A stretch of 63,469 nucleotides of DNA, counting the filler, from Asterionella formosa (Eukaryota), in assembly GCA_002256025.1 (NCBI GenBank). It is 10 parts of 10 records of this genome, joined end to end, with 100 filler letters (N's around TTAATTAATTAA, not from the genome) between each part and the next. Parts side by side here need not be neighbours in the genome. Positions count along the whole stretch, not along the records: positions 1 to 25,204 come from NKIB01002048.1; 9 more parts are not named here. One strand, given 5' to 3'. Below the pieces are notes generated by a model. It was given only the letters and a program-made list of their open reading frames with translations. It had not been told where the DNA came from and did not search any database. Of the stretch, positions 1-10,692 are shown one piece after another; the first letter of the stretch is position 1; the number at the start of each line of letters is the position of its first letter. A program made the position numbers and the translations under genes.

Positions 1-189
1 TAGATGATGTGGAAATTTATATTGATGACGTGGGTTGTTTTTCAATGAATTTTCCGGATCACATTCATTTATTGGACACTTTTTTACATCGTTTACAGGC
101 AAATGGTTTAACAATTGATCCATCTAAGTGTGAATGGGCGGTCCAAGAGACAGATTGGTTAGGCTATTGGTTAATTCCTAATGGACTGC
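1..189 (+). mobile_element. Ty3/gypsy LTR-retrotransposon reverse transcriptase fragment, truncated at both ends
   Basis: Frame from 3 reads DDVEIYIDDVGCFS...HIHLLDTFLHRLQANGLTIDPSKCEWAVQETDWLGYWLIPNGL, with the YxDD catalytic motif and the KC..a...v.wLG gypsy RT signature. Similarity stops abruptly after NGL. Confidence 0.85.
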
Positions 190-719
190 CAACAGTTGTC
201 TCCTTCATTTTATTTATGTACAATTTTTCAATAAGTCTAACTCCTTTTAGGTAATCTATGACTTCTCTTTCAAGTTTGTACCTGTACTCCGGAATACTCG
301 ATGATAACTACTATGATGGTAACAGTGTAAAATCATCAAAATACTACATGAAGATAAAATAATTAGAAATAGCTTCAAATGATCCCAACAACTGTTTGAT
401 CACTGTGGCCATAAAAGCCCAATTTTGGAGACTTCAGGAAAACTGCATGCATTTCCTGAAATTTGCTGACAGTTCCCTGAAATCTCCTGAATGACATCAT
501 TTCCTGAAATTCATACTGATAGGAATTTTCTGAAAGTAATGCTCATTCCTCATAGCATGCTGTTCTCCCATTTCTGCCACTATAGGAATCGATGATAGCT
601 ATCTATTTCGCTGAATCATTGATTTGAAGACGTTCTCTATATGTGAAAGAAAACGAGAATTCTATGCTGAATGGGCACAAAGGCATATAGCAGAGCGACA
701 TCATCACCATTTGAATGCC

Positions 720-2012
720 ATGAAGATCCGATTCGCTTGCCTTCTATTCTTGCTTTCGCGCAGTTTACTGATATCCACCTCGACTTTCATACTCCCTAGG
801 AAGGTTCAGAATTCTTCGGGGAATTTGTTTGCCCCTACGAGCAAGGAGAATGAAAATTCCATGAATGAACTCAAAGAATTGCAGCAACGGGCTGGGTATA
901 TCGCTTCGTCATTTAAACCCAAAGATTTTAATCCCATCCCAGTTTTGAGAAACTGCCATATACAAACCATTGGATCCTTTTTCGTCCGCGATATTCCGGA
1001 ATGTGCTATCTCAGTAGAACCTACCGCGACGTTGCTAGCCCTATTGAAACTTTCAAACCAGCAAACAGAAGTACCTCCATTTTGGGAGGAAAGGAAACGA
1101 TTCAATACGCCAGACGGGGACTTTTTTGATGTTGACTTTAAATATTCCACCAATTCCAAGGGTTTAGTGGTTATTATGCATGGTCTCGAATCAAATTCGA
1201 AATCGTCACTGACACAACAAATGGCCAGAGCATTTGGATCATTAGACTTGGACGTCTGCTGTATCAATTTTCGCGGATGCTCTGGTGAACCAAATCTTAC
1301 TGTTGGAGGATATCACTTGGGATTTACTTCAGATCTCGTGCACTTCTTAGGACTACTGGCACCAGCGGCTCAGCCCATCTTTTTGGCTGGATTTTCTCTC
1401 GGCGGAAACTGTGTCTTGAAAGCTCTCGGAGAACTCGAAGCGGCTGCAGTAGAATCTTACAACATTCAAGGAGCAGCGACGTTTTGTGTTCCCATGGACA
1501 ATGAGCGGAATGCTCCCTGCTTAGGTCAACCCGGAATCAATCGTCTGATCTATACCAACAACCTACTAAGAACGCTGCGACTAAAGGCTCGAGAACAGCT
1601 GGACCAGTTTTGCAACGGAGACGAAACAACTACCCTGTTTGATTACTTTGGGGCAGTGAATGCGGCGACAATTACCGACTTCGACGATGCTTTCATCGCT
1701 CCTATTTATGGTTTTGATAATGCCATGGACTATTATCGAAAAACTTCGTCTGCTTATTTCTTGGAAAGAATTGCAGTGCCTACCTTGATTTTGAATGCCA
1801 AGGACGACCCATTTATGGATACTGACTACTTTCCTTTGGAGAAGTCACGGGAGCATGGAGGACAAGCGCCTGTAAAGATGGTACAAACTAGTAACGGGGG
1901 GCATTTAGGCTATGTCTTTCATCAATTAGGAATTGGAGAAACTGTCCCTGAAACTTCATGGGCACCGGCCGAAATGGCAAGATTTCTGAAACACGTTATG
2001 GATTCAATATAA
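720..2012 (+). CDS. Alpha/beta hydrolase, YheT/ABHD-like, with N-terminal signal peptide (possibly plastid-targeted)
   Basis: HGLES, GFSLG nucleophile elbow, NAKDDP acid and GGHLG His motifs. The first ATG is at 720 (the ORF track start is TTG). N-terminus MKIRFACLLFLLSRSLLISTSTF. Confidence 0.85.
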   Translation: MKIRFACLLFLLSRSLLISTSTFILPRKVQNSSGNLFAPTSKENENSMNELKELQQRAGYIASSFKPKDFNPIPVLRNCHIQTIGSFFVRDIPECAISVEPTATLLALLKLSNQQTEVPPFWEERKRFNTPDGDFFDVDFKYSTNSKGLVVIMHGLESNSKSSLTQQMARAFGSLDLDVCCINFRGCSGEPNLTVGGYHLGFTSDLVHFLGLLAPAAQPIFLAGFSLGGNCVLKALGELEAAAVESYNIQGAATFCVPMDNERNAPCLGQPGINRLIYTNNLLRTLRLKAREQLDQFCNGDETTTLFDYFGAVNAATITDFDDAFIAPIYGFDNAMDYYRKTSSAYFLERIAVPTLILNAKDDPFMDTDYFPLEKSREHGGQAPVKMVQTSNGGHLGYVFHQLGIGETVPETSWAPAEMARFLKHVMDSI

Positions 2013-2090
2013 ATATGGTGGAGCTTTCGAAATCAAATAGGTTCTTTAATTCCTTACTCTATTGTCAATTCAACTACAATTGGAGTGCGA

Positions 2091-3533
2091 TCACTTCTTC
2101 TTCTTTTCACCCTTGGTGGCTTCCATAGAATCACGGATGAAAGGCAAAAAATCTATGCCTCCCATGTACTTCTGCAATACTTCAGGAATCCTGACACCCT
2201 CCTCTGTTTGATAGTTCTCCAACAAGCAGCAAATGCCACGACCAGTAGCACACAATGTGCTGTTGAGCATATGGACATAGCTGTTACGTGCAGTCAAATC
2301 GCTTTTGTCCTTCTTGGATTGTCCGCATCGCGTTCCGACTCCTCGTGCTTGATAGTCCGTACAGTTGCTGCACGAGACCAACTCACGGTATGTTTGTTGT
2401 CCAGGGAACCATCCTTCCAAATCATACTTCTTGACAGCGGCGTCATTGAGAGCACCACTCACAATGCAAACGACGCGGTAGGGAAAGTCCAAGGACTCGT
2501 AAAATTCCTTCGCGGCCGTCAACATGCGCTGCTGTTCCGCTTGGGATGTCTCAAAGTCGTCGACGGTCAAGCAGAACTGTTCAATCTTTTCGAATTGATG
2601 TACACGAAAGATGCCACGGATATCCTTTCCACTAGAGCCAGCTTCCTTTCGGAAGCACGTGCTGATTCCAGCATACCGCAGAGGCAATGACTTTTCTTCC
2701 ATCCACTCGTTTCTGTGGTAAGCACAGATGGGCTGTTCTGAAGTGGCGATCAAGTACTTTTCCGAGGCATTGTCTGGATCATCCGTCTTTCCCGAAACCT
2801 TGTATAGCTGCTCATCAAAGTCCTCTAGTTGAGCAATGCCGGCCATGACTTCCTTGTTCATAAAAAAGGGCGGCTGCAAGATATTGTATCCACGTGCCAT
2901 CAGAAAGGCGATTCCATAGTTGATCAGAGCTTGGTTGAGCAAGACGCCAGCATTTGTCAAGAAGTAAGCTCGATGACCAGCAACTCCCTGACCACGAGTA
3001 GGTTCATATCCTCCAATGCGCCATAGCAAATCATCGTGTGTTCTGGCCTTGATCTCGGGAAAGGTGTATTCTAGAGATCCTATGGGGCAAGGGAGAAAGG
3101 TTTCCTTTCCAGCCGCTTCTGGCGGCTCTGGAAACAAGGAAACCACAACATTGTCCTTGTCTTCATCGTTACTAATAGGAACTTCAGGATCCACCATGTT
3201 GCCAATCTTGTTGAGAAGTTGATCTCTCCTCTTGGCGATCTCTGGAAGTTCAACATCCATCTCCTTGATTTCTTGTTGAATGGCCTTCATTTGGGCCACT
3301 TCATCGTCACACGGCTCCTTCGCCTTCATCTTGGGACCAATGATTTCCTTTTGCAGCTTGTTGACGTCTCTTCGCATGTCTGACTGCTTTTGCGTCAAAG
3401 CCCGCCAGACTTCATCCTCTCGGAGGACATCATCCACCCATTCAGGAGGTTTGTTGCGCTGGCGCATGTAGTTGCGGTACTTTTCTGGGTCGCCGCCCTT
3501 GTAATCACGGAGTTCGTTGATGTCGATAGGCAT
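2091..3533 (-). CDS. SARS: Seryl-tRNA synthetase, cytosolic eukaryotic type
   Basis: YLIATSEQ, CFRKEAGS, GIFRVHQFEKIEQF, ELVSCSNCTDYQ and HMLNSTL motifs. Start placed at the ATG at 3533 (MPIDINELR); the ORF-track start is a TTG. Confidence 0.95.
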   Translation of the reverse strand: MPIDINELRDYKGGDPEKYRNYMRQRNKPPEWVDDVLREDEVWRALTQKQSDMRRDVNKLQKEIIGPKMKAKEPCDDEVAQMKAIQQEIKEMDVELPEIAKRRDQLLNKIGNMVDPEVPISNDEDKDNVVVSLFPEPPEAAGKETFLPCPIGSLEYTFPEIKARTHDDLLWRIGGYEPTRGQGVAGHRAYFLTNAGVLLNQALINYGIAFLMARGYNILQPPFFMNKEVMAGIAQLEDFDEQLYKVSGKTDDPDNASEKYLIATSEQPICAYHRNEWMEEKSLPLRYAGISTCFRKEAGSSGKDIRGIFRVHQFEKIEQFCLTVDDFETSQAEQQRMLTAAKEFYESLDFPYRVVCIVSGALNDAAVKKYDLEGWFPGQQTYRELVSCSNCTDYQARGVGTRCGQSKKDKSDLTARNSYVHMLNSTLCATGRGICCLLENYQTEEGVRIPEVLQKYMGGIDFLPFIRDSMEATKGEKKKK

Positions 3534-3827
3534 GCTTGTGGTAATGCGAGGAAATGGAGCAGTATGATGGCAGTACAATGGTGGAGACGCAACCCTGGGT
3601 TCAATAATGAGGAGAGAACCGGGTACTCGATAACAGTTATTATTAGCAGCGGCTGCCCGAGCAAGGCGTCCACCCAATTCGCTATGTACGGTAGCGATGA
3701 CATATTTTGTAGGCAGCAGATTGGATCATGTTCAGACTCTTACAAGTTTTTGTGCCTGCGATACTACATACCGGAAGTGGAAACAAGCAGATACTAGAAA
3801 TTTCTGTACACCATGTCCCAGGTATGT

Positions 3828-3966
3828 AGGAGAACTTGGTACCTGGTACCTGGTAACGGTACCTGGTACATGGTAACGGTACCTGGTACCTGGTACCGTT
3901 CCGGTGCACGCACCCACATTTTCATACCAGGTATCGTACTACCGGGTGGGTCGTCGGTACCTGGTA
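3828..3966. repeat. (TACCTGG)n / GGTACC-rich array in the SerRS-Sec63 divergent intergenic region
   Basis: ggtacctggtacctggtaacggtacctggtacatggtaacggtacctggtacctggtacc at ~3838-3897, with further copies to 3966. Confidence 0.85.
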
Positions 3967-4260
3967 ATTAAAAGTACCACGGGAGTCGAATTTATCGGAC
4001 CTTCCAGGTGGAAGCCTTCCTCGTAGATTATGTCTATTCAATAATGCTGTAGCGACCAGAAAACATACCTATTTCATTATTTGTTGCCGGTTTTTATAAT
4101 AGTGTTAATAGTTCAGTCGTTTGCTTGATGTTTGATGTATCATACGGCAGATGATGGCTAATTAAGTTTATAATAAAATGGCACACACCAGGTATCAGGG
4201 TGATCAAAAATTCCAAAGACTGGTATTCATTAAAACACAAAGCCACAATTGCATCTGGCC

Positions 4261-6312
4261 ATGTCGTCAACAGACGAAGGAGTTCCCTTCTACTTGATGC
4301 CGTTAGCGGCAGCACTAGGCATGTACAGCATCATATTTGGAACGCGGGTGCTTTATTTAGTGTACGCGAACTTGACTGTCAGAAACAACGGCACTTCCAT
4401 TCCACCGTCCATCCGCTTGACGGGCAAGACGTTCCCCTTCTTGCTCGGCAGTGTCGTTGCTTCCGTATTCCTGTATGCCAAATGCGTCGCTAGTATTGAT
4501 AATGCGATGCGGGAGAACGAGCTCAGTATGTTCGATCCATTTGATATTTTGGGCGTGTCAGAGTCGTCCAACGCGACTGTCATCAAGCAAGCCTATCGCG
4601 CGCTGTCCAAACAACACCATCCAGACAAGGGAGGAGATAAAGGACTATTCCAGAAGATCAACAATGCCTATCGAGCTCTCACGACAGAAGAAGGAAAGCG
4701 TAATTATGAACAGTACGGACATCCCGACGGGAAGTTCCAAGGGAATACTTTCCACTTCGCTTTACCAAGTTGGCTCCTAAAGCCGCAGGGAACCACGGCT
4801 GTCGTCCTAGTAGTGCTCTATTTAGGCGTGTTTGCTGCCCTGATTTACTTCGTTGTGAATTGGACCAGAAAGACGGAGGAGCAGGTGAAGGAAACTGAAA
4901 AGAGCAACATCGTCGCAGGTGCCGATGCTGCATATTTGTCGAGCACATTGGGACCTGAATCGACTCATTTGGACGTTCTTTTGTGCATTGCAACAACTCC
5001 AGAGAACATTGTCCTATCAATGGCGCAAATTGAAAAGGTGGAAGAATACAAGCAAGAGAAACTAGTAAAATCGAAAGATGCATCCGCCAAGGAATTGAAG
5101 AAAAAGGATACCTTCGATTTGGACGATGGGGTTTGGGATGAAGACGAAGGTGACGATGATGAAGCCAAAGCAGCAGCTGCCAAGGCGAGGAAGGAAGAAG
5201 AGATTAAGGCCGATGCTGCCAAACAATTGGCTGCGGCAACTGGCAAGTTATCCGTCAAGTTGGAGGGCATTGATGAAGGGGTTTTGGGACAAAAGTGGGT
5301 GGAAACAACACTTGCTCAAGGCAAGCGATGGCCGCCGCAAGATCTGCGTTTCTTGAAAAATGCGACTTTTGAATACAAAGGCAAGAATCTAAGTGCGATG
5401 GATCACCCTGCTGTGAGAAGAAATCTTTGCATGACAATGGGACGCTTGAACTCCATCTTGCTCAATTCTCACCCTGACCTTCTAGAGGCCAGTTCAAAGG
5501 GACTAATTGACCAAACTTACTTCAAGGGAACCATGGAGTACCGCCAGAGATGTGGTCTCTTGTTGGAAGCCGCGCTTCGTGTTGCCATGACAGTTCAATC
5601 CTACCGCCTTGCCAAGACTATTGTCGAGACCGTAAGTATGTTCAAGATCGGAGTTGAAAAGCCAACGGACAAAAAGACCATAGACTGGTTCCATGGTGTC
5701 ATGAAAAAACAGTACGGAGGCGAAGCTGGTATTCCTAGATTGGAAATTAGCCAAGTGCAGATTGAGACGCCAGATGAGGAGGAGATTGCCACCGAAGACT
5801 TGTGTGTCCTTTCGTTGGAAATGAGTCGTGCACATGCTGAGCGATTTACTCAAGTCAAGATTGCCGCCGCTCAGCAGCAAGGGATTCCTCCTCAAATCGC
5901 CCTTCAAACATACCGTGAGGGGTGGTGGATCTTGGTAAGAGCCAAGAAACTGGGTGGTAGTATAGCCCCAAAACTGGGAGTTCCTGAAAACGAACTCACC
6001 AAGACATTTGCGCCAGCTGACATCGACAAATTTGCATCCGAAGCACCCGAGAATCGATTACTGACCGCATGGCCCATGATTGTTCAAAATATGGCACAAA
6101 AGTCTGGAAAGGTCAAGGTACAGCTCATGGCGCCAGCTGTGCCTGGGAAATACAAGTTTATCATCTCTGTTATGTCGCAAGAGTTCTTGGGAGCTGATCA
6201 AGAGTTTGAAGTAGAGCATGAGGTTGTTGACTCAGCCACGGTGACGCGAGTAGAGGCTGAACCGAAGGAAGGAGAGACGCAAGAAGATGAAGAAGCTAAG
6301 AAAGATAATTAA
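4261..6312 (+). CDS. SEC63: Sec63-like ER translocon J-domain protein
   Basis: Two N-terminal TM segments, FDPFDILG...HHPDKGG J domain, NYEQYGHPDG, FALPSWL, a third TM, and a C-terminal EGWWILV...APAVPGKYKF...SQEFLGAD Sec63 fold with acidic tail. ATG at 4261. Confidence 0.88.
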   Translation: MSSTDEGVPFYLMPLAAALGMYSIIFGTRVLYLVYANLTVRNNGTSIPPSIRLTGKTFPFLLGSVVASVFLYAKCVASIDNAMRENELSMFDPFDILGVSESSNATVIKQAYRALSKQHHPDKGGDKGLFQKINNAYRALTTEEGKRNYEQYGHPDGKFQGNTFHFALPSWLLKPQGTTAVVLVVLYLGVFAALIYFVVNWTRKTEEQVKETEKSNIVAGADAAYLSSTLGPESTHLDVLLCIATTPENIVLSMAQIEKVEEYKQEKLVKSKDASAKELKKKDTFDLDDGVWDEDEGDDDEAKAAAAKARKEEEIKADAAKQLAAATGKLSVKLEGIDEGVLGQKWVETTLAQGKRWPPQDLRFLKNATFEYKGKNLSAMDHPAVRRNLCMTMGRLNSILLNSHPDLLEASSKGLIDQTYFKGTMEYRQRCGLLLEAALRVAMTVQSYRLAKTIVETVSMFKIGVEKPTDKKTIDWFHGVMKKQYGGEAGIPRLEISQVQIETPDEEEIATEDLCVLSLEMSRAHAERFTQVKIAAAQQQGIPPQIALQTYREGWWILVRAKKLGGSIAPKLGVPENELTKTFAPADIDKFASEAPENRLLTAWPMIVQNMAQKSGKVKVQLMAPAVPGKYKFIISVMSQEFLGADQEFEVEHEVVDSATVTRVEAEPKEGETQEDEEAKKDN

Positions 6313-6401
6313 ATAAAGGAATGCATATAGTACCCTGCCTTATATTCGTAAGTTTGTGTCTAAAATATTCCGGATAATTGTGGATTCCCTCATTCACTGG
6401 T

Positions 6402-8896
6402 TTATTTCTTTGCCTTTCCTTTTGCCATGCTTGGATTCTTGGCCATGCGCATCATTGTGGGGGTAAGCTCCAAAATCTCATCCTGAGCCAAGTACTCAAC
6501 ACAAGCATCCAAAGACATTTCGATGGGAGCAACGATACCAATGGTAATACCCTTATTAGCTGATCTCATGTTTGTCAACTGCTTGAGCTTGCACACGTTG
6601 ACCTCCAAATCACCAGGACGTTGGTGGATACCCACAATCATGCCCTTGTAAACTTCCTCTCCAGACCTGGTGAAAAGTTTTCCCCTGTCCTGGGCACCCT
6701 CACATCCAAAAGAAGTGACGGTACCATCAGAGAAGGCTAAGAGCGATCCCTTGTCACGTCCTTGAATTTCCAGGGGAATCATAGGCTTATAATCGTCAAA
6801 GACGCTATCGATGATTGCAGTTCCACGAGTGGCAGTCAGAAGGGCAGAACGAATTCCCAACATACCACGAGTAGGAACTAGGTATTTGATAATACTCATG
6901 CTACTATCTCCGTCTTCCAAACCCATATCTTTGAGATCTCCTTTACGCATGTTCAGCAAGTCAATAACTCCACCAACATATTCCTCTGGAACACGGACTT
7001 CAACGGACTCCCATGGCTCAAACTTCTTGCCGTTCTCGTCAGTCCTAATAATAACTGTAGGAGGCCCGACCTCCAATTCAAATCCCTCTGTTATATTGTA
7101 TTGGACAAGCAAGCACGTGAGAAGTGAATCATCCCATAATTAACACATGTTAATAAATAAAAAAACTTGCGACACTCACCTCGTCTCATGTTCTCAATAA
7201 GCACAGTCAAATGCAGTTGACCACGTCCCGATACCATGTATTGGTCGGCCGAATCCGTTTCTTCTACTCGGAGGGCCACGTTTCGGTCCAATTCCTTGAA
7301 GAGCCGGTCCCGGATCATACGACTGGTTAAAAATTTACCCTCTCTTCCGGCAAGTGGTGATTTGTTGACTCCAATAGTCATGCGAACAGTAGGTTGTTCG
7401 ACGGCAATAGGCTCGAGAGGCAAGGCGGCATTAGCGCCGGCGTTTTCGTTGGTCACCAAGGTGTATCCAATCTCGACATTGTCGAGACCAGCAAACATGA
7501 CAATCTCTCCAGCGCTAGCATTTTCAACTTCTCTTTTTCCAAGATTGTCGAAGACAAAAAGACTACCCTAAAATGTTGTCACAGAACATTCATAATGACA
7601 AAATCAGCAAAAATAGAGGATAAACCAACGACGAAAGGAGAAGGGCACAAAACTTACAACACGGCCAGTTCTCGATGGCTTTTCGGGATGAACCAGGGCC
7701 ACAGCCTGACCCTTCCGGATGACCCCGTTGGTGATACGAGCAATTCCCATCTTTCCCTTGAAATTATCGAAATCAATATTGGCTACAAGAGCTTGTAGAG
7801 CATCAGGTTCTGTACTTGTGACGCTTGGTGCATCAATTGCCTCCAAAATAGCATCAAAGAGAGGAGCCATGTCTGTCGCCATTTCAGTAGGGGAATGTCC
7901 GGCAATTCCATTCAATCCAGAAGCGTAAACGACACGAAAGTCCATTTGTACATCTGTGGCACCAAGCTCTGCAAATAAATCAAAAGTCTTGTCAACAACA
8001 TATTCAGGGCGAGCCGAAGGACGGTCAATCTTGTTGACCACCACGAGGGCCTTCATGCCCTTTTTGAGGGCCTTATCCAATACAAAACGCGTCTGTGGCT
8101 TGGGACCCTCGACACTATCGACAACCAGCAAAACTCCATCCGCCATATTGAGCACACGCTCCACTTCTCCACCGCTGCGATGTCGCAAGTTTTCCCGAAA
8201 TGGTGAGAGAAACTCCAAACACAAGTAGTACAGCGTAAACGATTTTCGTTTCTTCTACTTACAAATCGGCGTGACCCGGTGTATCCAAAATGTTATACTT
8301 CACTCCATCTCTCATGACAGCCAAGTTCTTGGCAAGAATCGTGATCCCACGCTCCTTTTCTTGATCTTCACTATCCATGACGCGGATACCAGCTTCATCG
8401 GCCTGTGCTTCATCACGAAAGACACCATTCTGGCGAATCAATGCATCGACTAGGGTCGTCTTTCCATGATCGACGTGAGCGATCACAGCAATGTTTCTTA
8501 ACGAGCAAAATAAATGACATGAGTGACGAAAGCCCCTGAAGTAGAATTCACAAACACATCACGTTGTGTGTGCGTCGTCGACGATGAATCTTGGAGGATA
8601 TAATTGTTCTTTGGAAGAATATCAATAAAAAATGTTCTTGGATGGACAGAGTGGCCGCCTTGTCAAATGCACATGAAACATTCGAGGCACTCCGCCACTG
8701 GCTAGCATACGGGTATGTCGTTTTAATAGTCAAGCATATCTGGGACGTACCTGAGTTTAAGATTAGTGCCAGCCGGAGCATCCGCAACAGCTGACATTGA
8801 CAGTTGGCATGTGGACTTGACTACAAAAGCAGGGGTGCTGAATGCACTACATGAGGCGATCAACGCCAACGCGAGGACTATATTAGAGCTCACCAT
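6402..8896 (-). CDS. typA: Plastid-targeted TypA/BipA GTPase, 5 exons (8896-8751, 8496-8263, 8174-7658, 7567-7180, 7087-6402)
   Basis: Splicing at GT-AG sites restores [40 protein letters not shown] and ENMRREGFE. N-terminus [19 protein letters not shown] is a signal peptide plus ASAF-type motif. Confidence 0.92.
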
Positions 8897-9099
8897 GGTT
8901 GAGAGGATAATAAATGATTGGTGCAGCAGGACGTTTTAGATTCTTGGCTGGGCTGGGCTGTGCTGCGTTTTTGCTACCTGGGAGTACCATCACCATCATG
9001 AGGGGAGCAAAACGATCGCTCCATCAGCCAAGGCGCAAAAATCGTGATGCGTATGTCGTGCCGCCTACAACGTACTCACCACATTGCATAAACCTTATC

Positions 9100-9218
9100 C
9101 CGGTACCTGGTACCTGGTACCTGGTAGCTGGTAGTCAGTACCAGGTACCCTGGTACCAGTACTCCGGGGGACATTCTGTACTCCAATTATTCTCATGCAT
9201 ACCGGTACCTGGTACCAA
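9100..9218. repeat. (TACCTGG)n array in the typA/STK19-like divergent intergenic region
   Basis: ccggtacctggtacctggtacctggtagctggtagtcagtaccaggtaccctggtaccag and ccggtacctggtacc. Confidence 0.85.
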
Positions 9219-9650
9219 GAATCAGGAGGAGGGAAATGAATGGCGGATGAGATCGCTGTGCTGGTTATGTCGTCCTACCAGCAAGTTGCGATAAATGAGA
9301 AATTTAGCTTTATTTCTATGTAGTCTAATGAATAATTATAAGTGTCTACTAGCAGTCGTAGTACGTACGTATGCTGCACCATCCAAAAAGGAGTACCCGG
9401 TACCTGTGAGTAACAGCTACTGGGACCGTATGTAGAGCGAAAACTGTTGCGTTACGACGTTGTATATTTATTTAGGGTTAGGGCCAATATCTATATTCAT
9501 ACAGGAGAAATAATAAAAATGTTATGTAGCTAGTACCCCCCTTTTTGTCACAATCGACGCATTAAAAAATGCAGTATGACAACAACATAACACAACCACG
9601 ACGCCATCATTAATGTCGCTCGCTACCATACCGTCTCACGCTCCGCCAGC

Positions 9651-10580
9651 ATGTCGACAAAGAAGGAAGCAAATCGTCTTGCAAGAAAGACAAATGGACT
9701 CAAGGTGACTTTCAAAAGAAGGGCTTGTCCATCAGGAAAAAAGAAGACGTTTGTTGCCGCCAACAGGGGTTTGCCAGTGCCATTGGCAGCAAGTTTCATC
9801 GAGGTGGCGACGAAGGAGGACGAGCAACTTGTTGAGGACGACATTCCTTGTGACACAATGCTAGCAATGCAATCCATAATTCAGGCTCAGCACTGTCTCT
9901 TTATTCCATCTCAAGCAGGAGGGGGGGACGCCACAGTACCTTTGGTTCTGGAATCACAACTCTACCAAAAGTTGGAAAATCCAAGAGAGGGAGACTCGAT
10001 TCTCACGAAGGAACTATTGAACTTGATTCACACCAATCAACTGAGGCGCATGGTATCAACAGATGCTACACTTGTAGCATTGATACACACCAGGGACTAC
10101 GTTAGAGCTGTTTGGGATGCTCACCATGCTTGTTGTAACGCAGATGCAGGAGGGCCCATTTCACAATCGTTGCGAGACATTACCCCATGGTTTCTTGCCT
10201 CGCTGTCCAAGTGGACCACACCCACCATATCAAGAGTTGAGATGAGCCATCTTTGGAAATCAAGTGCGAAGCACTTGTCACAAGCAATAGACATTCTTGT
10301 TATGAAAATGGGAGTGTTAATGGCCACGAATGAACCGAACATATTTATGTTTTGGTTACCAAATTGGGGTATAGTATTGCAAGCCATCAACAAGGCACAG
10401 AAAAGTATCCTGATGCGCATCAAGCGGTCCGCTTACAAGGAGATTTCAGAACAAAGTATTCGAAACTTGTCCTTACCAGGTGGTATTTCAGCCTTCTTTG
10501 TCGTGCAAACTCTCATTGCTATTGGTACCATACAAATCTATGAAAAGCCAGTTGGAACATTTATTCGATTGACAAAGTGA
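9651..10580 (+). CDS. STK19: STK19-like winged-helix protein
   Basis: Basic N-terminal NLS-like stretch, CDTMLAM, LVLESQLY, and FWLPNWG...ILMRIKRSAYKEI, resembling the Stk19 family C-terminal WxSxPxxG...KRxKYKE pattern. Confidence 0.7.
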   Translation: MSTKKEANRLARKTNGLKVTFKRRACPSGKKKTFVAANRGLPVPLAASFIEVATKEDEQLVEDDIPCDTMLAMQSIIQAQHCLFIPSQAGGGDATVPLVLESQLYQKLENPREGDSILTKELLNLIHTNQLRRMVSTDATLVALIHTRDYVRAVWDAHHACCNADAGGPISQSLRDITPWFLASLSKWTTPTISRVEMSHLWKSSAKHLSQAIDILVMKMGVLMATNEPNIFMFWLPNWGIVLQAINKAQKSILMRIKRSAYKEISEQSIRNLSLPGGISAFFVVQTLIAIGTIQIYEKPVGTFIRLTK

Positions 10581-10692
10581 ATGAAAATTCAACAAAAAGA
10601 TTTCCTTTTTATATTATAGTGTGTTTTTGTATCAAATAGAAAACGTCCGACGAGATACATGCGCAACCACAAAGGATAAAAAATGTTAAAAG

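Noticed and set aside
2085..2690. Antisense and overlapping ORFs (also 806-1267, 42534-43076, 50587-51153 and similar)
   Set aside because: Shadows of real genes on the opposite strand, with no recognisable motifs.
3682..3917. Short ORFs rich in VPGTRY-like peptides (also 8914-9294, 35371-35565)
   Set aside because: Translations of the noncoding TACCTGG arrays.
6402..8486. typA split into several ORFs, as a pseudogene or frameshifted gene
   Set aside because: Canonical GT-AG introns restore one continuous frame.
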